Below, piece after piece: positions 16,226 through 25,283 of a stretch of DNA of 32,242 nucleotides (positions are counted from its first letter, which is position 1; each line of letters begins with the position of its first letter). The stretch is taken from NCBI GenBank assembly GCA_011052255.1, contig DRJJ01000157.1, forward strand, positions 1 to 32,242, given 5' to 3'. The position numbers and the translations under genes were made by a program. The stretch is from Gammaproteobacteria bacterium (GTDB lineage: Bacteria > Pseudomonadota > Gammaproteobacteria > DRJJ01). The notes beneath the pieces are model-generated. The model ran no database searches and had not been told where the DNA came from. It was given only the letters and a program-made list of their open reading frames with translations.

Positions 16226-17566
16226 CTAAAGGCCGAGTTTCTTCTCCAGGTAATGGATGTTTGTGCCACCGGCCTGAAACGCGCTGTCATCGAGCAGGTC
16301 GCAGTGCAGCGGGATGTTGGTTTTAATCCCTTCGATGACAATTTCTGACAGCGCCATACGCATACGCCGCAGTGCAGATTCGCGGGTGTCACCGTAGGCA
16401 ATCAGCTTGCCGATCATGGAATCATAATGCGGTGGCACACGATAGTTGTCATAGATGTGCGTGTCGATGCGAATACCGGGTCCGCCGGGAGCATGAAATT
16501 CTTCTATGGTTCCGGGGCAGGGCATGAAGTTGGTCGGGTCTTCGGCGTTCAGGCGACATTCAATCGCGTGGCCCTTGATCTTGATGTCTTCCTGGCGGTA
16601 GCTTAACGGTTCGCCGGCTGCGATCAGCAGTTGTTCCTTGATGATGTCCACGCCGGTAATTTCTTCGGTGACCGGGTGTTCAACCTGCACGCGGGTGTTC
16701 ATTTCAATGAAATAGAATTCGTCATTTTCATACAGAAACTCAAAGGTGCCGGCACCGCGATAACCGATATCAAGACAGGCCTTGGTACACAGCGCTCCCA
16801 TGCGTTGCCTGACTTCTTCGGTAATGCCGGGGGCGGGTGCTTCTTCTATTACTTTCTGGTGGCGGCGTTGCATGGAGCAATCACGCTCACCCAGACAGAT
16901 GGCATTGCCGTGGGTGTCGGCCATGACCTGGAATTCAACGTGGCGCGGTGTCTCCAGGTATTTTTCCATGTAGACCATGTCGTTGCCAAAGTTGGCGGCC
17001 GCTTCGCTGCGTGTAAGAGAGATGGCATTGAGCAGGTTGGCTTCACTGTGTACTACGCGCATGCCGCGCCCACCCCCACCACCGGATGCCTTGATGATGA
17101 TCGGGTAGCCGATTCGGTTGGCGATCTCCATGTTGGTGTCGGCATCATCACCCAGTGGCCCGTCAGACCCGGGTACGCAGGGGACGCCGGTTTCTTTCAT
17201 GGCGCGGATAGCGGAGACCTTGTCACCCATGATGCGGATAGTCTCGGCCTTGGGGCCAATGAAGATGAAGCCGCTTTGTTCAACGCGTTCAGCGAAATCT
17301 GCATTTTCAGACAGGAAGCCATAACCGGGATGTATCGCCACCGCATCGGTTACCTCGGCGGCGCTGATCAGTGCGGGCACGTTCAGGTAGCTGTCGGCTG
17401 ACGGGGGTGGCCCGATGCAGACCGATTCATCGGCCAGTAAGACATGTTTCAGGTCACTGTCGGCGGTGGAGTGTACGGCCACAGTTTTGATACCCATTTC
17501 GTGGCAGGCGCGCAGAATCCGCAGCGCAATTTCTCCCCGATTGGCAATCACGATTTTATCTAGCAT
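16226..17566 (-). CDS. accC: Acetyl-CoA carboxylase biotin carboxylase subunit
   Basis: The 446-aa ORF starts [21 protein letters not shown] and contains [10 protein letters not shown] and [14 protein letters not shown]. It lies downstream of accB. Confidence 0.97.
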   Translation of the reverse strand: MLDKIVIANRGEIALRILRACHEMGIKTVAVHSTADSDLKHVLLADESVCIGPPPSADSYLNVPALISAAEVTDAVAIHPGYGFLSENADFAERVEQSGFIFIGPKAETIRIMGDKVSAIRAMKETGVPCVPGSDGPLGDDADTNMEIANRIGYPIIIKASGGGGGRGMRVVHSEANLLNAISLTRSEAAANFGNDMVYMEKYLETPRHVEFQVMADTHGNAICLGERDCSMQRRHQKVIEEAPAPGITEEVRQRMGALCTKACLDIGYRGAGTFEFLYENDEFYFIEMNTRVQVEHPVTEEITGVDIIKEQLLIAAGEPLSYRQEDIKIKGHAIECRLNAEDPTNFMPCPGTIEEFHAPGGPGIRIDTHIYDNYRVPPHYDSMIGKLIAYGDTRESALRRMRMALSEIVIEGIKTNIPLHCDLLDDSAFQAGGTNIHYLEKKLGL

Positions 17567-17614
17567 AACGACTCGCTGATTTTATGTTTGAAGGTGCTAA
17601 TGAATGAGTTCGGC

Positions 17615-18070
17615 TTACTCTATTACGATCAGAGGTTGTCCGTATTCTACCGGCTCGCCATTTTCAAGCAGGATGGCCTTGACCACGCCGGACACGTCCG
17701 AGTCTATCTGGTTGAACATTTTCATCGCCTCAATAATACACAGGGTGTCGCCCTTGTTGACGTGGCTACCGACTTCAATAAAAGACGGGTTGCCAGGTGC
17801 TGGTGAGCGATAAAATGTGCCGACCATCGGTGATTTAATCTGATGGCCTTGTATTAACTCGGCACTTTCTTTCTGTGGCTCGGCTGCTGCCACAGCAGGC
17901 GCCGCTTCAACCGGGGCCGGCGCGACAGGCATGGCGCCGTATGGGGCTACCGCAACCTGTGTTGAATAGCGACTGATGCGAACCGATTCTTCACCTTCGT
18001 GAATCTCGATTTCAGCGATACCGGAATCATCCAGTAGTTCAATCAGTTTTTTTATTTTACGTATATCCAT
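17615..18070 (-). CDS. accB: Acetyl-CoA carboxylase biotin carboxyl carrier protein
   Basis: The 151-aa ORF starts [13 protein letters not shown], has an Ala/Pro-rich linker, and carries the biotinylation motif [11 protein letters not shown]. Confidence 0.95.
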   Translation of the reverse strand: MDIRKIKKLIELLDDSGIAEIEIHEGEESVRISRYSTQVAVAPYGAMPVAPAPVEAAPAVAAAEPQKESAELIQGHQIKSPMVGTFYRSPAPGNPSFIEVGSHVNKGDTLCIIEAMKMFNQIDSDVSGVVKAILLENGEPVEYGQPLIVIE

Positions 18071-18076
18071 AATGAC

Positions 18077-18520
18077 TTACCTGTTCTGCAATAATGTGAG
18101 GGCGGCGTCCAGTGCCAGGTTATAGCTGTGTGCACCAAAACCACTGATGACACCCTCTGCAATATCTGAAAAGTAGGAGTGCTGACGAAAGGCCTCGCGT
18201 TGCTGCACGTTCGACAGGTGACATTCTATGAACGGAATACTGACGCCGAGCAGGGCATCACGTATCGCGATACTGGTATGGGTAAAGGCGGCCGGGTTGA
18301 TCAGGATAAAATCAACGGCTTCGACACTGGCCTGATGGATGCGGTCAACCAGTTCGTGTTCGGCGTTACTTTGAAAGCTGCTCAGTTCATGTCCGGCATT
18401 GACTGCGCGCAAGGCCAGTTCATTCTGGATGGCATTCAGATCCTGTGCACCATAGATATCCGGCTCGCGTTTGCCGAGCAGATTCAGGTTGGGGCCATTC
18501 AGAAGCAATATCTTTGCCAT
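18077..18520 (-). CDS. aroQ: Type II 3-dehydroquinate dehydratase
   Basis: The 147-aa ORF starts [24 protein letters not shown] and contains [17 protein letters not shown], both AroQ signatures. Confidence 0.95.
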   Translation of the reverse strand: MAKILLLNGPNLNLLGKREPDIYGAQDLNAIQNELALRAVNAGHELSSFQSNAEHELVDRIHQASVEAVDFILINPAAFTHTSIAIRDALLGVSIPFIECHLSNVQQREAFRQHSYFSDIAEGVISGFGAHSYNLALDAALTLLQNR

Positions 18521-18920
18521 GAGTCTCTCATTTGTTGTGAACTATTTCACGATCAGAGCAGTTTAAGCCATGATCTACGAAGATCGCGACCCGTTAGTAT
18601 CAGTATCAGGCAGCCTGGTGGACGGGGTTAGTGCCTTTTCGTACCTGCAGCTAAACCTGTAGTGGCTTTGCAGATAACGACAGGATATAAAATATTTCTT
18701 TTAATATCATATTCTTATCTGTAGATTAATCAGTGCAACCCATATGCGTCGATTAATCGAGCCTGCTATGCTGCTGTATTGGACGGAATTGTGCACGAAC
18801 TGTGCAGTAATGTCTAGACTTGTCGTGATTTAGCTGCAAATTCGCTACCAATCGCCACTAGATAGACAATATTTTTCAGGTTATTGGTAGATATACTTAT
18901 TGGCTCAGCAAATGAGCCGG

Positions 18921-19493
18921 TTACGGCCCTCCGGGCTTGTTTAACAGGGGCTGTATAAATGCGATGGCTTCGTCGTAGGTCACTTCACCAAACTTTTTAT
19001 GATGGATGATGCCCTGGCGGTCGATGATCACGGTATAGGGCAGCTGGCCGTACTGGTTGCCGTAGGCCTCGGTGACTTTGATCGCGCTGTTTTCACCTAC
19101 CAGTATCGGATAGTTAACACCGATGTTATCGGCGTAGGCCTCAACCAGATCGACCTGATCTATCGCCACGCCGATGACCTGAAAATCCTGTTTGCCAAAC
19201 TGATCCTGTAATTTGATAAAGGCCGGGATTTCACGGCGACAGGGTGGGCACCAGGTGGCCCAGAAGTTCAGCAGGATAACCTTGTTGTTCCATTCACTGA
19301 TCGGGTGTTCGACACCTTCGACATCAGGCAGGCTGAAGTCTGGACGGCGCGCGCTGCCATGATCGGTTTTCTTTGTCTGGCCATCAGCCGCTTGTGGTGG
19401 TGCAGCCGGGTTGTTGGTCTGGAACAGCATAAAACCGGCGCCGGCCGCAGCCAGCCCCAGCACGATGAGCATTAAGATTTGCTTGAGGGGCAT
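18921..19493 (-). CDS. Membrane-anchored TlpA/ResA/DsbE-family thiol:disulfide oxidoreductase
   Basis: The ORF is 190 aa with an N-terminal anchor (ILMLIVLGLAAAGAGFMLF) and the thioredoxin active site WATWCPPCRRE. It lies directly downstream of dsbD. Confidence 0.85.
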   Translation of the reverse strand: MPLKQILMLIVLGLAAAGAGFMLFQTNNPAAPPQAADGQTKKTDHGSARRPDFSLPDVEGVEHPISEWNNKVILLNFWATWCPPCRREIPAFIKLQDQFGKQDFQVIGVAIDQVDLVEAYADNIGVNYPILVGENSAIKVTEAYGNQYGQLPYTVIIDRQGIIHHKKFGEVTYDEAIAFIQPLLNKPGGP

Positions 19494-19512
19494 AGGGTTT
19501 CCGTTTTTAATT

Positions 19513-21846
19513 TTATTTTAAGGTAGCGTGCAGATGATCCATAAATTGTTGCGCGGTCATTTCACCAACGACTCGATAGCGTTTCATTTCCGTGCCGCTC
19601 TTGTCATAGAACAGGATAGTAGGCGGGCCAATAATGCCGTAATGTTTCATCAGCGCTTTATCTACATCATCGTTGTCGGTTACGTCGGCCTGTAGCACGA
19701 CGGTGTTGGCCAGCATGTTCTGTACTTCAGGATCCGAGAATACGTATTTATCAAATTCCTTGCACGAGATACACCAGTCGGCATAGAAGTCCAGCATCAC
19801 GGTTTTGCCCTGTGCGCTGGCAGCGGCCACTTCGCGATTAAGGTCGTCCAGTGATTTTACGGTTTTGAAAGGCAGGCTGTGTTTCGCTGATGTACTGCCG
19901 CTGGCACTGCTCATCGCAGACATTTGGTGAAATGGCCGGAGCGGGTCGGTATTACCGGTGCTGGCGCCCAGCATCAGGATGACGCCGTAAAGCAGCATCA
20001 TAATACCTACGCCTTTCCAGAAACGTGGCCAGCCGCCGGTTGCTTCGCGTATCGGCTCCAGTGCGCCGAGGTAGATAGCGGGTACGATCAGCAGTGCTGC
20101 CCACAGTACCATGGTGATTTCACCGGGCAGGATGCGTTCCAGCATCCATACCGCAACACCCAGCAGGGTAACACCGAACACGCCCTTGACCGCATCCATC
20201 CACGGGCCGGCCTTGGGCAGTAATTTGCCGCCGCCGGTGCCGATAATCAGCAACGGCACGCCCATGCCTATACTCATTGAGAACAGCGCTACGCCACCCA
20301 GTACCGCGCTGCCTTTCTCGGCAATAAAGATCAGTGCAGCGGCCAGTGGTGCGGCGACACAGGGGCCAACAATCAGTGCAGACAGAAGCCCCATGATCGC
20401 TACCCCGACCAGTGTGCCGCCCTGTTGCTTGTTACTGTAGTTAGTCAGGCGACTCTGAATAAAGCCGGGCATCTGCAAGTCATAAAAACCGAACATGGAC
20501 AGCGACAGTGCAACGAATACGGTCGCAAAGCTGCCCAGTATCCACGGGTTCTGGAACGCGGCAGTCAGGTTGGCGCCTGACATGCCGGCAATAACGCCGA
20601 CGATGGTATAGGTAACGGCTACCGACAACACATACACCAGTGATAGCGTGAAGGCCTTGCGGGTAGTGATCTTGTCACCCTGGCCGGCGATGATGCCCGA
20701 CAGGATCGGGATCATCGGGAATACGCAAGGCGTAAAGGCCAGCGCCAGTCCGGCCAGGAAGAAAATACCGATAATGGTCCAGGTGCCGCCACCCTGCAGC
20801 AGTTGAATCATTTTGTCCTGTTGGGTAAAGGGCTGATCGTGAAACGGTGAAGGTGTGATGAGCCCCTGAGCGGCTGTTTGGTCTATTGTCTGGGCGGGGA
20901 CCTGCGTCGGGGTTTGGGCTGGTGTCGGCTGGTTGGCGGTTGTGCTGGCCATGCCGCTACTGTCCAGGTTCAATGCAACGGTCTTGAATTGCGGCGGGTA
21001 ACACAGCCCGGCATCGGCACAGCCCTGATAGCTCATTTCCAGTTGTGCGGCTGAGCCTGGTTGGCCGTTGAGCGGTATGCTGGCCTCGGCATTATGATAG
21101 AGCACTTCGATCTTGCCAAAGTATTCATCATCCTTGACCTTGCCGCGTGAGACATCTGTTTGTCCCAGTTTGATATCACCCGTTGTGTCCTTGAGTCGGA
21201 AGCGGAATTTGTCGCGATACATATAATAGCCATCGGCCACCATCCAGCGTGCGATCAGCGTATTATCCGGTCCCATTTCGGTGGTCAGTACGAAGGCCTT
21301 GTCCGGGTTCAGGAATTCTTCATTCGCATCTTCCAGACCCAGGCTGTCGCCCAACTGTGACAGTGCCCGAACCGGGTCTGCCGCGATGGCGGTTGCGGAA
21401 CTGGCAGCGCTAAGCGCTGGTAGTACTATGTTTACGGTAGTGCGATAAGGTGGGTAGCAGATGCCTAAATCAGCGCAGCCTTGTGATCCGGCGGTCAGGG
21501 CGACGGTTACTTCGCCTGTCTCGGCTCGGGTGACAGGTAATTGCAGGCTGACCTGCTTGCGATGGGTTTCAACCTTGCCGAACAGGGGGTCATCTTTTAT
21601 CTTGCCGGGTGGGATGATCGGGCTGCCGAGTTGTACATCGGAACTGCTGGTGCTGAAATTAAATTTGTCGTGGTACAGGTAATAGCCATCTGGCAGTGTC
21701 CAGGTACCGATAATGGTATTGTCATCTTTTACCGTGGCGCTGAACTTGAATGCCTGGTCGGGCGGTAAGGGTTCTTCAAAGGCGTGGGTCATGCCGCTAA
21801 ACAGGGACAACAGCAGCGTAAGTAGGCTAATAAGTCGTAAGGTCAT
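19513..21846 (-). CDS. dsbD: Thiol:disulfide interchange protein DsbD with two tandem N-terminal DsbD-alpha domains
   Basis: The ORF is 777 aa with signal peptide ...GMTHA|FEE. Two copies of the alpha-domain signature are present: SQGCADLGICYPP (Cys124/130) and YQGCADAGLCYPP (Cys276/282). The membrane core has FTPCVFPMIPILSG and GPCVAAPL, and the C-terminal thioredoxin has YADWCISCKEF. Confidence 0.92.
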   Translation of the reverse strand: MTLRLISLLTLLLSLFSGMTHAFEEPLPPDQAFKFSATVKDDNTIIGTWTLPDGYYLYHDKFNFSTSSSDVQLGSPIIPPGKIKDDPLFGKVETHRKQVSLQLPVTRAETGEVTVALTAGSQGCADLGICYPPYRTTVNIVLPALSAASSATAIAADPVRALSQLGDSLGLEDANEEFLNPDKAFVLTTEMGPDNTLIARWMVADGYYMYRDKFRFRLKDTTGDIKLGQTDVSRGKVKDDEYFGKIEVLYHNAEASIPLNGQPGSAAQLEMSYQGCADAGLCYPPQFKTVALNLDSSGMASTTANQPTPAQTPTQVPAQTIDQTAAQGLITPSPFHDQPFTQQDKMIQLLQGGGTWTIIGIFFLAGLALAFTPCVFPMIPILSGIIAGQGDKITTRKAFTLSLVYVLSVAVTYTIVGVIAGMSGANLTAAFQNPWILGSFATVFVALSLSMFGFYDLQMPGFIQSRLTNYSNKQQGGTLVGVAIMGLLSALIVGPCVAAPLAAALIFIAEKGSAVLGGVALFSMSIGMGVPLLIIGTGGGKLLPKAGPWMDAVKGVFGVTLLGVAVWMLERILPGEITMVLWAALLIVPAIYLGALEPIREATGGWPRFWKGVGIMMLLYGVILMLGASTGNTDPLRPFHQMSAMSSASGSTSAKHSLPFKTVKSLDDLNREVAAASAQGKTVMLDFYADWCISCKEFDKYVFSDPEVQNMLANTVVLQADVTDNDDVDKALMKHYGIIGPPTILFYDKSGTEMKRYRVVGEMTAQQFMDHLHATLK

Positions 21847-22178
21847 GTTTTAACGCCTGTATTTTTAGTTATCCAGTCCAGGTAGGGGGCAAAACCTGTT
21901 TGTATTGGGACTGAGATTATCTCAGGAAGTTCATAAGGATGCAGTGAAACAAGTCGTTTTTCCAGCAATTTTCCTGTTTCACGTGTGGTTTTTATCAGCA
22001 ATAACGATTCCTGTGCCGTTTCCAGCTTGCCTTGCCAGCGGTAAATGGACGAAATGCCATCCACTATGTTGACACAGGCGGCCAGGCCTTCTTCGACCAA
22101 TGTGCGTGCGATGTGATCGGCACTGGTCCGGTCAGGGCAGGTGGATAGCATTAATATATGTGTTGAACTGACAGTCAT
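21843..22178 (-). CDS. cutA: Divalent-cation tolerance protein CutA
   Basis: I place the start at MTVSSTHILMLSTCPD (ATG complement at 22176-22178). The CutA pattern is AACVNI...SIYRWQGK...E..LLIKT...HPYELPEI. Its stop overlaps the dsbD start as ATGA. The longer ORF-track N-terminus (to 22295) is Tyr/Arg-rich and unconserved. Confidence 0.85.
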   Translation of the reverse strand: MTVSSTHILMLSTCPDRTSADHIARTLVEEGLAACVNIVDGISSIYRWQGKLETAQESLLLIKTTRETGKLLEKRLVSLHPYELPEIISVPIQTGFAPYLDWITKNTGVKT

Positions 22179-22308
22179 TTTTAGAATCTGATTTATTATA
22201 AGCTGTTCCAAAACCAAGCGTAGCAACTGTACATACAATAGCCAATACCAGTATGATCGGCTCCTGTATCGGTTATATACCCTGTTTATCGTCACTTATG
22301 GTCATTAT

Positions 22309-22761
22309 ATGAATGTTCGTTTAGTACTGCTGGTGGTTTTTCTGGTGATCCCGCTCACAGAAATCTATCTGTTGATTGAGGTCGGCGGCATTATCGGGGC
22401 GATACCGACGATCTTTCTGGTTGTTTTTACGGCCGTTTTTGGTGCGTTGCTGATTCGTCAACAGGGGGTGTCGACCATGTTGCGTGCACGTCAGGAAATT
22501 CACCAGGGCATGGTACCAGCCATGCAGATGCTGGAGGGGGCGGCCTTGCTGGTCAGTGGTGCGCTGTTGCTCACCCCCGGGTTTTTGACCGATACCCTTG
22601 GCTTTGTGCTGCTGGTGCCACCTCTGCGCCGGTTTTTGATCCTGAAACTGCTTGGTGGGGCGGTTCCGCCATCCATGACCCCATTCGACCCTGACGGCCC
22701 AGCATCCGGGTCGGGTGAGCAGCGTACCATCGAAGGCGAGTTCAAGCGCGACGACGATTGA
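22309..22761 (+). CDS. fxsA: FxsA family inner-membrane protein
   Basis: The 150-aa ORF contains IPLTEIYLLIEVGGIIG and LLLTPGFLTDTLGFVLLVPPLRR, both typical FxsA motifs. Confidence 0.85.
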   Translation: MNVRLVLLVVFLVIPLTEIYLLIEVGGIIGAIPTIFLVVFTAVFGALLIRQQGVSTMLRARQEIHQGMVPAMQMLEGAALLVSGALLLTPGFLTDTLGFVLLVPPLRRFLILKLLGGAVPPSMTPFDPDGPASGSGEQRTIEGEFKRDDD

Positions 22762-22799
22762 AGCCGGTCGATTTAATTCCAACTTTCTTCACCCTGCAG

Positions 22800-22830
22800 C
22801 CCTTGACTTTGGGGATTTCGCCCCCATAAT
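22800..22830 (+). promoter_or_regulatory. Sigma32 (RpoH)-type heat-shock promoter of groESL
   Basis: The sequence is CCCTTGAC (22800-22807), then a 13-14 nt spacer, then CCCCATAAT (22822-22830). The E. coli groE consensus is CCCTTGAA-N13/14-CCCCATNT. It lies ~95 bp upstream of the groES ATG. Confidence 0.65.
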
Positions 22831-22856
22831 TAGCACTCATCGGAGGAGAGTGCTAA
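22830..22856 (+). promoter_or_regulatory. CIRCE operator (HrcA binding site)
   Basis: The sequence TTAGCACTC-ATCGGAGGA-GAGTGCTAA matches the CIRCE consensus TTAGCACTC-N9-GAGTGCTAA perfectly. It sits just downstream of, and overlaps, the -10 element in the groES leader. Confidence 0.88.
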
Positions 22857-22922
22857 GTCGCATTCCCATAATTTAAACGTCTAAAAGACATATATAGAGT
22901 CGTCGCCAAGGAGACTACCAAG

Positions 22923-24918
<1,996 letters not shown>

Positions 24919-24943
24919 GCTATTCCTCACCCGATTAGTAATT

Positions 24944-24976
24944 AAAAGCCCCGGTCATCTGGCCGGGGCTTTTTTT
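24944..24976 (+). terminator. Rho-independent terminator of groESL
   Basis: The stem AGCCCCGG (24947-24954) pairs with CCGGGGCT (24963-24970) around an 8-nt loop. A T7 run follows (24970-24976) and an A4 run precedes it. It lies 26 bp after the groEL stop. Confidence 0.88.
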
Positions 24977-24991
24977 GTGCGTTAAGGTGAG

Positions 24992-25103
24992 TGTCGTCTG
25001 CCCGATCTGTTATTTACAGACACGCTGTAAACACATCCCTGTGCGCTCGACGGCAGCATCCATGCTGCCGACGGTCTGAAAATAACAGATCGGGCAGACA
25101 ACA
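24992..25103. repeat. Long interrupted palindrome (REP/MITE-like or structured RNA element)
   Basis: The left arm GTCTGCCCGATCTGTTATTT-a-CAGAC (about 24996-25021) is complementary to the right arm GTCTG-a-AAATAACAGATCGGGCAGAC (about 25074-25099). That gives a 20-bp perfect stem plus 5 further bp. An inner palindrome, CGGCAGCAT-CC-ATGCTGCCG, lies at 25051-25070. Confidence 0.7.
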
Positions 25104-25139
25104 CACGTCTATTGTAGTGTTTGCAACCGATGGTTATGT

Positions 25140-25222
25140 GATGCGGTTCGTGCCTCACCACATCCTACGGACCAACGTCATGCACTTATCAATGTAGGAT
25201 GTGGTGAAGAATGAACCGCATC
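25140..25222. repeat. Second long imperfect palindrome (29-nt arms, 25-nt loop)
   Basis: The left arm is GATGCGGTTC-gtgcc-TCACCACATCCTAC (25140-25168) and the right arm is GTAGGATGTGGTGA-agaat-GAACCGCATC (25194-25222). Paired blocks of 10 and 14 bp flank a 5-nt internal bubble. Confidence 0.7.
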
Positions 25223-25283
25223 AGCTAAACTCTTTACACGGTGATAAACTAAACTCTGGGTTATCATCTTCAAAGAGTGCTAT

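Noticed and set aside
16631-17401. 256-aa plus-strand ORF inside accC
   Set aside because: It is antisense to a highly conserved biotin carboxylase gene and has no motifs, so I treat it as a shadow ORF.
18900-18920. Hairpin GGCTCA-GCAAA-TGAGCC immediately after the TlpA-like gene stop (minus strand)
   Set aside because: The stem has only 6 bp and no U-tract follows on the transcribed strand (AATAAGTATATC). That is too weak to call a terminator.
22321-22782. 153-aa minus-strand ORF overlapping fxsA
   Set aside because: The plus-strand frame carries the FxsA motifs, whereas the antisense peptide is Gln/Arg/Lys-rich with no recognisable features.
25225-25256. 9-bp direct repeat CTAAACTCT (x2) just upstream of the glnE start
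   Set aside because: It is short, has only two copies and has no associated symmetry or known motif. That is insufficient to propose a function.
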